A program made the position numbers and the translations under genes. Below, in pieces: positions 48,229 through 58,038 of a DNA stretch of 64,000 nt; position 1 is the first letter of the stretch, and every line of letters starts with the position of its first letter. The notes beneath the pieces were generated by a model, which saw nothing but the letters and a program-made list of their open reading frames with translations, made no database searches and had not been told where the DNA came from. The stretch comes from Candidatus Methanomethylophilaceae archaeon (GTDB taxonomy: Archaea > Thermoplasmatota > Thermoplasmata > Methanomassiliicoccales > Methanomethylophilaceae), in assembly GCA_944320495.1 (NCBI GenBank), contig CALUHR010000013.1, positions 64,001 through 128,000 on the forward strand, written 5' to 3'.

Positions 48229-49668
48229 TCACAGCAGGGCGGCCATGTAGAGGGGCAACAGGACGATACCGTCCTTGACCCTGATGTCCTTGGTGCAGAG
48301 GATGTACGGCTGACCGAGACGACCTTTGAATTTGCCGATGAAGCGCTCCAGGGATTCATAGCGGATCCGATCCGACGACTTGACCTCCAGCGGACAGATC
48401 TTGTGGCCTCTGCGTATCAGGAAATCGATCTCCACGGCCGTATCCCATACAACTGGAGCCTGATCAGAGACTCCAGCATCGTTCCCGGAATCGGCCTCCG
48501 CCCCGTTGTGTGGTTCCTCCCTGCCCTCCTTCCCATCCTTCGGCCTGGGATACCTGGAATAGAAGTACAGCTGATTGCCGTTGGCACGGAGACATTGTGC
48601 CACCACGTTCTCTGCGAACATGCCCTCGTTTATGCCGATCTTCCCGAGCAGCAGAGACTTGTAGATGTCCTCATCGGTGCCGTTCCTGTCTGCCAGACTC
48701 TCGGTGACCAGAAGCCCGGTGTCGCCCATGTACAGCTTCTGACTGGTATGGTCCGCGCTCATCATCAGTCCGACCGTCGGGTCAGTCGCATTGACGCACG
48801 GGTTGACGATCATACCATCTGCCAGCCACATGAACGCATCGTCGAAATCACGATACCGGGCATTCTTGTCGAGGCTCGACAGGAGATACTTCTTCTCGCC
48901 TTTGGCGAGCTGTGACGGTATCGTATCGAATATGAAATTGACCCTCTGACTGTATCCGCCAGCGTATTTCGCGATATCTTTGCGATAAACAGACAGGATC
49001 CTCTTTTTGACGGCCTCCGTCTTCTCGAAACTCCCCGCGGTCACGTAATTGATGACGGCCTGGGGCATGCCCCCGACGAGCATGTACTTCCTGAAGAGGT
49101 CCATGATCTTCTTATGGGCGGCATTGCCCAACGGCTTCAAGTCCCTGAAGCACTCCTCCATGTACGGGATTGCAGTCTCGTTCCCCATAGCCCAGAGGAA
49201 CTCCTCGAAATCCAACGGGAACATCTCGAGGTCATCCTCCTCGGAAGGAACCACTATGTCCTGCACATTCGTCCTTATGGATATCAGTGAACCGGTCTCG
49301 ATATAATCATATCTGCCGTCCTCCACCAGATACTTTATCATCTGTCTGGCAGGAGGATACAGCTGGACCTCGTCGAACACCACCACTGATTCACGGGGGT
49401 ACAGTTTGCGTCCCTTGGCAACCATCAGCTTCTGGAAGAAATCATCCAGGTCGCTGCTGTGGTTCTTGAAAACCTCCAGGGTCGTCTCATCTATCTTGGC
49501 GAAATCAATTATGATGTGGCTGCGATACTCATTCTCTGCGAATTTACGCACCAGATGACTTTTCCCCACCCTGCGAGCCCCGTTCACAAGCAACGCTGTA
49601 GAACCAGCACTCTCCTCTTTCCACCTCAACAACTTGGAATAGGCCTTTCTGCGGAGCTCGATATTCAT
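48229..49668 (-). CDS. AAA_14 ATPase with DUF4143 C-terminal domain
   Basis: 'GARRVGKS', 'FDEVQ', 'TGSLI', 'PLDFEEFL', 'VGGMPQAV', 'KLYMGDTGL', 'G...EN.VAQ.L', 'EIDF', 'EVKS'. Confidence 0.88.
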   Translation of the reverse strand: MNIELRRKAYSKLLRWKEESAGSTALLVNGARRVGKSHLVRKFAENEYRSHIIIDFAKIDETTLEVFKNHSSDLDDFFQKLMVAKGRKLYPRESVVVFDEVQLYPPARQMIKYLVEDGRYDYIETGSLISIRTNVQDIVVPSEEDDLEMFPLDFEEFLWAMGNETAIPYMEECFRDLKPLGNAAHKKIMDLFRKYMLVGGMPQAVINYVTAGSFEKTEAVKKRILSVYRKDIAKYAGGYSQRVNFIFDTIPSQLAKGEKKYLLSSLDKNARYRDFDDAFMWLADGMIVNPCVNATDPTVGLMMSADHTSQKLYMGDTGLLVTESLADRNGTDEDIYKSLLLGKIGINEGMFAENVVAQCLRANGNQLYFYSRYPRPKDGKEGREEPHNGAEADSGNDAGVSDQAPVVWDTAVEIDFLIRRGHKICPLEVKSSDRIRYESLERFIGKFKGRLGQPYILCTKDIRVKDGIVLLPLYMAALL

Positions 49669-49702
49669 ATTGCATTAATGTATTTGATACTATATAATTA
49701 CA

Positions 49703-49822
49703 CACATATTTAGACTTAAGAAAAGTTGATTTTCACACGGATTTAGACTTAAGAAACAGCCAATTTTCACATATTTAGACTTAAGAAACAGGGGTTTTCT
49801 CACATATTCAGACTTAAGGAAC
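49703..49822. repeat. Four ~22-bp direct repeats (CACATATTTAGACTTAAGAAAC consensus) with 32-33 bp period
   Basis: Copies start at 49703, 49736, 49768 and 49801, each with a CTTAAG palindromic core. Located in the divergent promoter region of the AAA_14 gene. Confidence 0.85.
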
Positions 49823-49875
49823 CGCCTCTTCCGCCCAGGCATCCCCCTTTATACGACCGGACCCGTCCGGAGAAC

Positions 49876-49980
49876 ATGGACAACAATATCGTCATGAAGA
49901 TCGCCGTGAGCGTCTCCGCGGTGACCCTCGTGATATCATCATCCTCGCTGGCGGTCCGCAGGCTGCCGATCCCGGAGTGA
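49876..49980 (+). CDS. Possible 34-aa hydrophobic small protein
   Basis: MDNNIVMKIAVSVSAVTLVISSSSLAVRRLPIPE. TTTATAC lies 22-28 nt upstream; its stop sits in GGAGTGA 4 nt before the hemK2 ATG. Confidence 0.35.
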   Translation: MDNNIVMKIAVSVSAVTLVISSSSLAVRRLPIPE

Positions 49981-49984
49981 GACC

Positions 49985-50554
49985 ATGGAGTACGACCCCG
50001 ATGTCAGGATCTACGAGGATCCGGAGGTGTATCCGCCCTCGGACGACAGCATCCTGCTTATCGAATCGCTGGACGTTCATCCTGGGGAGAGGGTCCTGGA
50101 GATCGGGTGCGGATCGGGGGTGGTGTCCATCCACTGCGCCCTGAACGGATGCGACGTCACCTCTGGGGACATCAACCCCCGCGCCGTCGAGCTTACCCGC
50201 AGGAACGCGGAGGCGAACGGCGCCTACATAGACGTGGTGGAGACCGACGTCTACTCCGCCGTGGAGGGGAGGTTCGACACGATAGTGTTCAACCTGCCGT
50301 ACCTCCCGGTCGAGGAGGAGGGACTGCTGGAGAAGGCCTGGTCCGGAGGCCCTGATGGCCTCGGACCTCTGCCGAGGCTCCTGGAGGGAGCGGACGACCG
50401 CCTTCTCCCCGGAGGGAGAGTGGTGGTCGTCGTCTCGTCCCTGATGGACCGCGATGCTCTGGACGGGACCCTCGTGGGCTGGAGCCGGAGGGTCCTGGGG
50501 GAGCTCCCCCTGTTCTTCGAGAGGCTCTATGTCCTGGAGCTCAGGCGTCCGCGA
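49985..50554 (+). CDS. HemK2/Mtq2-family methyltransferase (189 aa with CGA stop 50552-50554)
   Basis: 'EVYPPSDDS.LL', 'VLEIGCGSGVVS', 'DINP.A', 'FNLPYLP', 'W.GG.DG', terminal 'FFERLYVLEL'. Confidence 0.88.
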
Positions 50555-51752
50555 TCAGCTCCTCCGACTGGACCTCGGGGTACGGCTTCGCCGAGAGCAC
50601 GAGCATCGCCGCGTACATCACGGCTATCAGGATGACGTACCAGGACAGGATGTCCAGCACCGCGTGGGTCCCGGGCAGGAGTCCCACGACGAAGTTCGGG
50701 ATGGCCGCCCCGCCGTACGAGGTCAGGTAGATCGTCGAGAACGTCCCCGCCCTCAGCCCCTTGCCAGCACGGGACAGCAGGGCGGTGACCCCTGCGGTGA
50801 AGCCGATGCCCTGGCCTATGCCCGCCACCACGCTGAACACGCAGAACAGCAGGAGGCTGTCGAGGTACGCCAGGGACACATACATCATCACCATCATGAC
50901 GAGGAATATCCCCATGCCCCATCTCTGGGCCTGCCTGGTCTCGAACCTGTTGGAGAAGAAGCTCCCCACCACGTTCGGGAGCAGGAGCGATGTGAACACG
51001 GCGGCTGCGATGAACTGGTTGTGGACGCCGAACTGCTCCGTGACGATGGACGCACTGAACGATTGGGAGAATCCGCCGACCGCCCACGTCCCGATGAAGA
51101 GCATGGCGCAGGCGGCGTAGAGGCGTCCGCATCCCTTCGGGAGCGTGATGCGCGGGACCATGGACCTCAGCAGACCTGGCCTCCTCGGCATGGTCTCCCT
51201 GGCGAACACCACGATCACCGCTATGATGACGATCAGCACCGCTACGGCCTCAAAGTACGAGGTGGGCGAGACGGAGGTGTACGTCATGAGCCCTCCGGAG
51301 ACGAACGCCCCCGTCGACAGCCCCAGCGTCGGGGCGCTGCTGGTGATGGTGGGGCCCACCCATCTGGGCAGGTCCGAGGACAGGTCGACGACGTAGGCCG
51401 CAACGGTGCTCGAGCCGAGACCGCTGGCTATGCCCTGGATGAGCCTCCCGGCCATGATCATCTCCGGGTTGGAAATCATCGCGAAGGTCACCGCGCCGCA
51501 CACCGCGACCATGAGGATGATGATCGTGGCCGGCCTCCTCCCCAGATGGTCGGAGATCCTCGGGAGGAACAACAGCGGGATGACCGTGCCCAGCAGGTAC
51601 CACATGGACACCATGGACAGCTGCGCATGAGTCATGCCCAGCTCCTCCTGCCACATCGAGTACAGCGATATCGGCGATCCCGATGCGAAGTATAGGATGA
51701 CCAGCGCGCCGACAGCACCGACGAAGCTCAACCGGGCCCTCGCGTCCATCAT
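50541..51752 (-). CDS. MFS transporter
   Basis: 'SPI.LY', 'SDHLGRRP', 'GRLIQG.ASG'; about 12 TM segments. Confidence 0.88.
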   Translation of the reverse strand: MMDARARLSFVGAVGALVILYFASGSPISLYSMWQEELGMTHAQLSMVSMWYLLGTVIPLLFLPRISDHLGRRPATIIILMVAVCGAVTFAMISNPEMIMAGRLIQGIASGLGSSTVAAYVVDLSSDLPRWVGPTITSSAPTLGLSTGAFVSGGLMTYTSVSPTSYFEAVAVLIVIIAVIVVFARETMPRRPGLLRSMVPRITLPKGCGRLYAACAMLFIGTWAVGGFSQSFSASIVTEQFGVHNQFIAAAVFTSLLLPNVVGSFFSNRFETRQAQRWGMGIFLVMMVMMYVSLAYLDSLLLFCVFSVVAGIGQGIGFTAGVTALLSRAGKGLRAGTFSTIYLTSYGGAAIPNFVVGLLPGTHAVLDILSWYVILIAVMYAAMLVLSAKPYPEVQSEELIADA

Positions 51753-52375
51753 GACCGCCTGATGAAGTCCGTGCGCATCGGGGCCTCGTACTCCGGACGG
51801 GGGACGCCCGCCTGGTCGGCGGCCTCGATGCATCTCATGAGCCAGGCTATGTTCGCCGCCAGCGTCCTCATGGTCTGAAGCCCCTCCTCGTCCTGAGCCA
51901 CGTCCTCGGCCCTCGAACCGTGGACCTGGTTCCAGTACTGGGAGGATGCCACGGGCATGTTGCAGATCGTGAAGTACTTGTTCAGACGGTCGAAGGCCGC
52001 TGAAGCCCCTCCCCTCCTACACGAAACGATCGCCGCGCCGACCTTCCCGCGCATCTTGCCCGAATAGGTGTAGAACAGACGGTCGGCGAATGAGCAGATC
52101 TGCCCAGAGGCGCTGGCGTAGTAGACGGGAGAGCCGAGGACTATGGCGCCGAACTCGTCGAGACGGGAGCCGATCTCGTTGACAATGTCGTCTGTCACGC
52201 ACCTGCCGTTCCTCTTGCAGGCGCCGCACGCCCTGCATCCAGGGGTGTCGTACGGGACCTGCACGATCTCCGATTCGATGCCGCCCTTCGCGAGCTCGTC
52301 GGCGATTTCTTTCAGTGCGGTGTATGTGCATCCGGCGGCGTGGGGGCTGCCGTTGACCAGGAGGACCTTCTTCAT
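51749..52375 (-). CDS. Flavodoxin-like NADPH-dependent FMN reductase / iron-sulfur flavoprotein
   Basis: 'VNGSPH..GCT', 'CRACGAC...G.C...D', 'GSPVYYA', 'RRGG'. Confidence 0.9.
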   Translation of the reverse strand: MKKVLLVNGSPHAAGCTYTALKEIADELAKGGIESEIVQVPYDTPGCRACGACKRNGRCVTDDIVNEIGSRLDEFGAIVLGSPVYYASASGQICSFADRLFYTYSGKMRGKVGAAIVSCRRGGASAAFDRLNKYFTICNMPVASSQYWNQVHGSRAEDVAQDEEGLQTMRTLAANIAWLMRCIEAADQAGVPRPEYEAPMRTDFIRRS

Positions 52376-52514
52376 AGCCGCTCGATTTTTGGTCGCGATT
52401 ATAAAATCTTCTTTGTTACGCGATGTCAGCAAGGATCGGGGACCCGTATGTGCCAGACATGTCGGGATGACGGATTTCGAGGTGCCCCGGCACGACGGCC
52501 GGGGCGATGGTTTC

Positions 52515-54383
52515 TCACTGCTCCAGCAGCTTCTTGATGGACTTGGTGAGCAGGTCGCTCGCCTGCTTCCCATCGACCTTTCCGCGCAGGGCGCCCATGA
52601 CCGGACCCATCAGCGGACCTACGGATGCCATGCCCCTCTCGCGGACGAAGGCCTCGCGCTCCCTCACAATGGAGTCGATGATGCCCTCTGCCTCCGAGGA
52701 GTCCATGGCGCCGAGGCCGAGCTTGGAGATGGCGGCCTCCGGCTTGGTGCCGGAGCACATCTCCCTCAGGAGGACCGGCAGGGCCTCCTTGGCGAAGCGC
52801 CCGTCCTTCAGGAGGGAGAACGCCTCGATCATGTCCCCCTCGGGGATGGACAGCGGGTCGAGCCCGTCGTGCTCCAGCTCGCCGAAGGTATTCAGCACCG
52901 TCGTGGCGGCGATGGCGGACATCCCGTCGGCGGCGAGCATCTCGAAGAGCTCGTCCAGACCCTTCCTGACGATCTGCCTGGACTGCTGCTCGTTGACGCC
53001 GTAGTCCTTCACGAGACGGGCCTCGATCTGCTCCGGGAACTCGGGCATGGACGCGCGGACGGCGGCCATGCGCTCCTCCGTGATGAGGGTGGGCGGCACG
53101 TCCGTCTCGGGATACATCCTGGCGGCCCCGGGCAGAGGCCTGGAGTACTTGGTGGTCCCGTCCGGGAGCGGGTCGCGGGTCTCCTCCGGCACTCCGACCA
53201 AGGCCTCGTTCGCCCTGGCGACGGCGACCTCGAGGGCCTCGGTGGCCTTCTTCTCCTTGGCGGCGCAGATGACGAACGCGTCGAACTCGGCGGTCATGCC
53301 GAGACGCTCCCTCAGGGCGTCGACGTAGGACTGCTCGATCCCGTAGTTGGGCAGCTCGTCCGAATGGAAGATGCCCTTGACGCCGCGGGTGCGGGCGCGC
53401 TGGGCCATCTCGGACCCGAGCCTGAGGGTCTTGTTGTCCCCGTTCATGACGCCGGCGAATCCTGGCAGGCGCACTGCAATCACCTTGCCCTTGTCCGAGA
53501 GCGCGCCCTTGATGACCTTGGACTCGCAGTCGGCGAATATGTCCGTCACATCCTCGGTGACGAAGTCGACGGGCCTGGTGCCCCTCCCGTTGAGTATGTC
53601 CTTGACACGGATCAGCATCCTCTGCCTGGCGACCTCGTTCCTCACGTAGTCTGGGATGAGCTTCAGGTCCCCGACCCCTTTGAGCTCTATGCGGGCCCCT
53701 CCGGGGATGGAGATGTTCAGGTCCTGGCGGATGGTGCCGATGCCGCGCTTCACACGCCTGGTGGCCCTCAGGAGGGTGCCGATGCGGTACGCGACCTCCT
53801 GGACCTCCTCCGGGGTGCGCATGTCCGGGCCGGTGGCGACCTCGATCAGGGGGATCCCCAGACGGTCCAGCCTGTAGAGGATCTCGTCGCCCTTGGTCTC
53901 GACCTTCCTGGCGGCGTCCTCCTCCAGGCAGACCGACAGGATCGAGATGTCCCTGTCCCCCGCCTTCACGTGTCCGTCGGTGGATATGAGGGCAGTCCTC
54001 TGGAACCCAGAGGTGTTGGACCCGTCGACGACGATCTTCCTCATGAAGTGGATCTCGTCGATGACGTTCGCGCCGAGCATCTCCGAGAAGGTGAGCGCAA
54101 TCTGCATCGCGTCGGGGTTCACGCCGTGGGGCGGCTCCTCGTCCAGCTCCACGAGGCACGAGGTGCCCTCGCAGCACTGGTAGCGGTATCCCATGTGCCT
54201 CTGGAACTGTGCCAGCGCGGCGCGGTCGATCTCGCCCATCTCGCTGGTGGTGGGCCTGAGCTTCCTGAAGTAGGCGCCCTGGCCGTCGTCGCAGAGATGG
54301 CTGTCGCAGTCGCAGAACAGCTTCTTGGTATCGAGCTGCTGGTGGATCTCGATGCCGCACATCATCTCGTAGTCTTCACTCAT
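52515..54383 (-). CDS. gatE: Glu-tRNA(Gln) amidotransferase subunit E
   Basis: 'CGIEIHQQL.T.KLFC', 'LRPT.SEMGE.D.AA', 'MRKIVVDGSNTSGFQRT', 'LDRLGIPLIEVAT', 'RPLPGAARMYPETD'. Confidence 0.97.
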   Translation of the reverse strand: MSEDYEMMCGIEIHQQLDTKKLFCDCDSHLCDDGQGAYFRKLRPTTSEMGEIDRAALAQFQRHMGYRYQCCEGTSCLVELDEEPPHGVNPDAMQIALTFSEMLGANVIDEIHFMRKIVVDGSNTSGFQRTALISTDGHVKAGDRDISILSVCLEEDAARKVETKGDEILYRLDRLGIPLIEVATGPDMRTPEEVQEVAYRIGTLLRATRRVKRGIGTIRQDLNISIPGGARIELKGVGDLKLIPDYVRNEVARQRMLIRVKDILNGRGTRPVDFVTEDVTDIFADCESKVIKGALSDKGKVIAVRLPGFAGVMNGDNKTLRLGSEMAQRARTRGVKGIFHSDELPNYGIEQSYVDALRERLGMTAEFDAFVICAAKEKKATEALEVAVARANEALVGVPEETRDPLPDGTTKYSRPLPGAARMYPETDVPPTLITEERMAAVRASMPEFPEQIEARLVKDYGVNEQQSRQIVRKGLDELFEMLAADGMSAIAATTVLNTFGELEHDGLDPLSIPEGDMIEAFSLLKDGRFAKEALPVLLREMCSGTKPEAAISKLGLGAMDSSEAEGIIDSIVREREAFVRERGMASVGPLMGPVMGALRGKVDGKQASDLLTKSIKKLLEQ

Positions 54384-55674
54384 CGATGGTCCTCCTGTCT
54401 GACATCTCGTCGGCGAGCGGGGTCGCCATCATCTCCCTGGCCTCCTCCGGCGAGGAAGTGTTGGCGAGGACCCACATCAGCTTGACGTAGGCGGTCTCGG
54501 GGAGCATGTCCAGGACGGTGACGACGCCCGCCTTGAGCATGTCCCTGCCAGTGTTGTACACGTTGAGGTTCGTCCTGCCGTTGAGGCACTGGCTCGTCAC
54601 CACGACGACAGTGCCGTTCTCGGTGGCCCTCCTGATGAGGGGGATCATGCCCTCGTTCACGTGACCCAGGCCGGAGCCGGCGATGACGACACCCTTGGAT
54701 TTCATGAAGATGGGCTCGAAGAGCTCCGGGTCCATGCCGGGGTAGTACTGCAGGAGGACGCACGACCTCTCCATGGCGGTCCTGGCGACGGCCTTGCCGT
54801 CCCTGACGGCTGGCCCGTCGGTGCGGACCTCCATCCTTCCGGATGCGTCCAGATGGGCGACGGGGAGCGCGTTGATCGAATGGAACGCGTCCCTGCGGGA
54901 GGTGTGCATCTTCCTCACGCGGGTGCCGAGGTGCACCGCGAAGGAGTCGTCACCGGGGGTGTCGTGCATGACGACGTAGACGCCGGCACGGTCCGCCTTC
55001 GTGGCGAAGCGGGCGCAGGCCATCAGGTTGCTGGACGCGTCCGAGGAGGGGCGGTCCGACGAGCGCTGCGCGCCCACCAGGATGACAGGCTTGGGGACGT
55101 CTCCGAGCATGAAGGAGAGCGCGGCGGCGGTGTAGCCCATGGTGTCCGTCCCGTGGGGGATGATCACCGCGTCGGCGCCGCCGTTGATCTCGTCGGCGAC
55201 GGCCTGGGCGAGCTCCTGCCAGTGGGCGGGGTCCATGTTCTCGGAGAATATCGAGAAAAGGACACGGGCGTCGATGTTGGCGATCTCCCTGATCTCCGGG
55301 ACGGCGTTGACCATGTCGGAGGTGGAGAGCGCGGGGTGGACGGCCCCGGTCCTGTAGTCGACGTAGGACGCGATGGTCCCTCCGGTACCGATGAGGACGA
55401 TCTTGGGCAGACCCTCACGGAACTCCACGGGCTGCTCGGACCTGGTCCTCTGGACGGGCTGCTCGATAACCTCGATGACGGTGGAGTCGGTGATCGCGAT
55501 GCCGACGTTGTATCCGCTCTTGACCTTGAGGATCAGCACGTCCGGCGAGCTGAACTCGTGGTGGGGCATCAGCGTCCCCTCGAAGACCCTCCCCTCCTTG
55601 GAGACCCTCAGCCTGGTGCCCTCGGTGGCACCTATGGCGCTCAGGGTGCCGGAGAGCGATTCGGAATAGCTCAT
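54376..55674 (-). CDS. gatD: Glu-tRNA(Gln) amidotransferase subunit D
   Basis: 'K.KSGYN.G', 'GTGGTIAS.VDY.TGAV', 'HGTDTM.Y', 'GAQRSSDRPSSD', 'RKMHTSRRDAF'. Confidence 0.97.
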   Translation of the reverse strand: MSYSESLSGTLSAIGATEGTRLRVSKEGRVFEGTLMPHHEFSSPDVLILKVKSGYNVGIAITDSTVIEVIEQPVQRTRSEQPVEFREGLPKIVLIGTGGTIASYVDYRTGAVHPALSTSDMVNAVPEIREIANIDARVLFSIFSENMDPAHWQELAQAVADEINGGADAVIIPHGTDTMGYTAAALSFMLGDVPKPVILVGAQRSSDRPSSDASSNLMACARFATKADRAGVYVVMHDTPGDDSFAVHLGTRVRKMHTSRRDAFHSINALPVAHLDASGRMEVRTDGPAVRDGKAVARTAMERSCVLLQYYPGMDPELFEPIFMKSKGVVIAGSGLGHVNEGMIPLIRRATENGTVVVVTSQCLNGRTNLNVYNTGRDMLKAGVVTVLDMLPETAYVKLMWVLANTSSPEEAREMMATPLADEMSDRRTIDE

Positions 55675-55792
55675 GGTTGAGAGTATCTGCACATCTGATA
55701 AGAGGTTTGGGCAGTGCGGTCGGGTTGGACGTCGTGGGATCCGCCTGCGGAGGTCGGGTGCATTTATCATCCCGTAATCGATACATATATTC

Positions 55793-57439
55793 ATGAAGAA
55801 GGTGAACACCAGCGGGCTGTCGTTCCGGGACATCCGCGAGGGAGGGAAGTACTACGTCGACAAATCTCTCCTCATCAAGGACATGCTTGATACGGACGAC
55901 CGTGGGGTCTTCCTCTACACCCGCCCCCGCAGGTTCGGCAAGACCACCAACCTCACCATGCTCGACGCCTTCTTCAACATCGAATACAAAGGGAACACAT
56001 GGTTCGACGGGCTCGCCATCTCCGAACACCCGGACTGCATGTGCCAGATGAGCAGATATCCTGTGATACTCCTCGACCTGAAAGACCTCGCGGCCGAGGG
56101 CAACAACGATTACGGAATCTTCGTATCGAGGGTGAAGAAGGTCCTGAGCGACCTGTACAACCGCTTCACCTACCTTCTCGACTCACCGAGGATCGGTGAC
56201 AGGGACAGGAGGCTCTTCGAATCCGTCCTGTACATGGATGCCGACGAGAACGTGCTCGCGGATGCCGTCAGGGACCTATCCAGGATGCTGCACCTCTTCC
56301 ATGGGGAGCGGACGGTCATCCTGGTGGACGAGTACGACCAGTCGATAACCCAGACGTTCGGCGATGCTTTGCAGGAGCGTGTCATCGGATTCCTGAGACT
56401 CCTGCTGTCCAGCGCACTGAAGTCCAACGGCGACCTCCAGATGGCCTACGTCACGGGCGTGATGCAGGTCGCTAAGGCAGGGTTCTTCTCCGGGATGAAC
56501 AACATCAGCATCAACAACACGTTCTCCGTAGAGTCGGACGAGCGCTTCGGTTTCACCGAACCGGAGGTCAGGGACATCCTGTCGTACTACGGCCATCCGG
56601 AGAAGTTCGACGAGGCGAGGGATTGGTACGACGGGTACCGCTTCGGGGACGCCGAGGTGTACAACCCGTTCAGCATAATGACCTACGTCCAGAGGGGATT
56701 CCAACCGGACAGCTACTGGCGCGACTCGAGCAGGAACACCCCAATGTTGTGGATGCTGGAGAGGGCCGGCGCCATAGGGTTGCAGGCCGTTGCGGACCTG
56801 GTCAACGGCGGGACCATGGTGTCCGAGCTCCATCGGACGGTGAGCTACGACGAGATGAGACTCAACGACCCCGTCGACCTGCTCTCTCTGATGGTCATGA
56901 CCGGATACCTGAACGCCATCCCTAAGGGGGACGGACTCTACGAGCTGTCCGTCCCCAACAGGGAGGCCATGGGCATCGTGGATTCGCTCCTGAGCAGGAA
57001 CAGGCGCATCGGGAACGATGCGTTCGAGAGGTTCAACGCCGCGGTGCTGGACGGGGATGCGGCGGCCATGACGGAAGTCCTCCAGAGCGTCCTCGCCGAT
57101 GGCAGCTACTTCTCGCTGAGGGACGAGTCGTCGTATGAGAACATAGTCCTCACGATGATGCACGGGATGCTTCGCGGGTACAGGATAACCTCCCAAAAGG
57201 AGTCCGGGAACGGGAGAGCGGACCTCGTGCTGGAACTGAGGGACGAGGGGTCCGTTCCCATAATCCTCGAGCTGAAGGTGTCGGACTCGGAGGGCTCCCT
57301 CGATTCCGACGCTGAGAGCGCGATAGCACAGATCCACGACAAGAACTACTATCTCGGCATGAGGGGCGACGTCATACTGATCGGCCTCGCGTTCCGCGGC
57401 AAGCTCGTCCGCGGGAAGGTCGAGAGGCTCCGCCTGCGA
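55793..57439 (+). CDS. AAA-ATPase-like protein with C-terminal PD-(D/E)XK (PDDEXK_9-type) nuclease domain (548 aa with CGA stop 57437-57439)
   Basis: 'YYVDKS..I', 'TRPRRFGKT', 'ILVDEYD', 'TGV', 'FGFT..EV', 'WYDGY.FG...VYNP.S', 'PN.E', 'G.GRADL', 'ILELK', 'QI..K.Y'. Confidence 0.88.
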
Positions 57440-57492
57440 GGACGGACGCGCAGACCGCCGGCCATTCGGGAAGGGGATGACATGGAGGACCC

Positions 57493-58038
57493 ATGACCGC
57501 GCGCGACGATCCCGACGTCAGGGACAGCAGGCTGATGAGCAGGATACTGCGCCACTGCCCCGAGAGATACGGGGTCGCCCTGGACCGCGACGGGTGGGCA
57601 TCGGTGGAGGGGCTCAGCAGGGGCTCCGGACTCCAGGCGGAGCGCATAATCCGCATAGCGGAGACCAACACCAGGTACGAGCTGTCCCCCGACGGAGGGA
57701 GGATAAGGGCGCTCCACGGCCACAGCGTCGACGTCGGATACGGGGCGCCCGTGTCCCCTCCGGACGTGCTCTACCACGGCACCAGCAGGGAGAACCTGAA
57801 GGGGATCATGGCCTCGGGTGCGATACTCCCGATGAGGCGCACCATGGTCCACCTGTCGGTCTCCGTGGAGAGGGCGGAGGAGGTCGGCAGGAGGCACGGT
57901 GAGCCCGTCGTCATATCCGTGGATGCCAGGAGGATGGCCGGGAGCGGGTTCGAGTTCTTTCTCTCGGGGGACGGGGTGTACCTCACGGAGAGGGTGCCGA
58001 CGGGATACTTCCTGGTCGTGACCGATATGGGGGATCGA
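57493..58038 (+). CDS. kptA: Second RNA 2'-phosphotransferase KptA/Tpt1, bacterial-type (181 aa with CGA stop 58036-58038)
   Basis: 'MSRILRH.P', 'LD.DGW', 'TRY', 'IRALHGHS', 'LYHGT', 'R..VHLS', 'RHG.PV', 'GVYL...VP..Y'. Confidence 0.88.

Noticed and set aside
49703-49822. The four direct repeats as a CRISPR array
   Set aside because: Intervening segments are only 10-11 nt, repeats are ~22 nt and degenerate, and there are no cas genes in the window.
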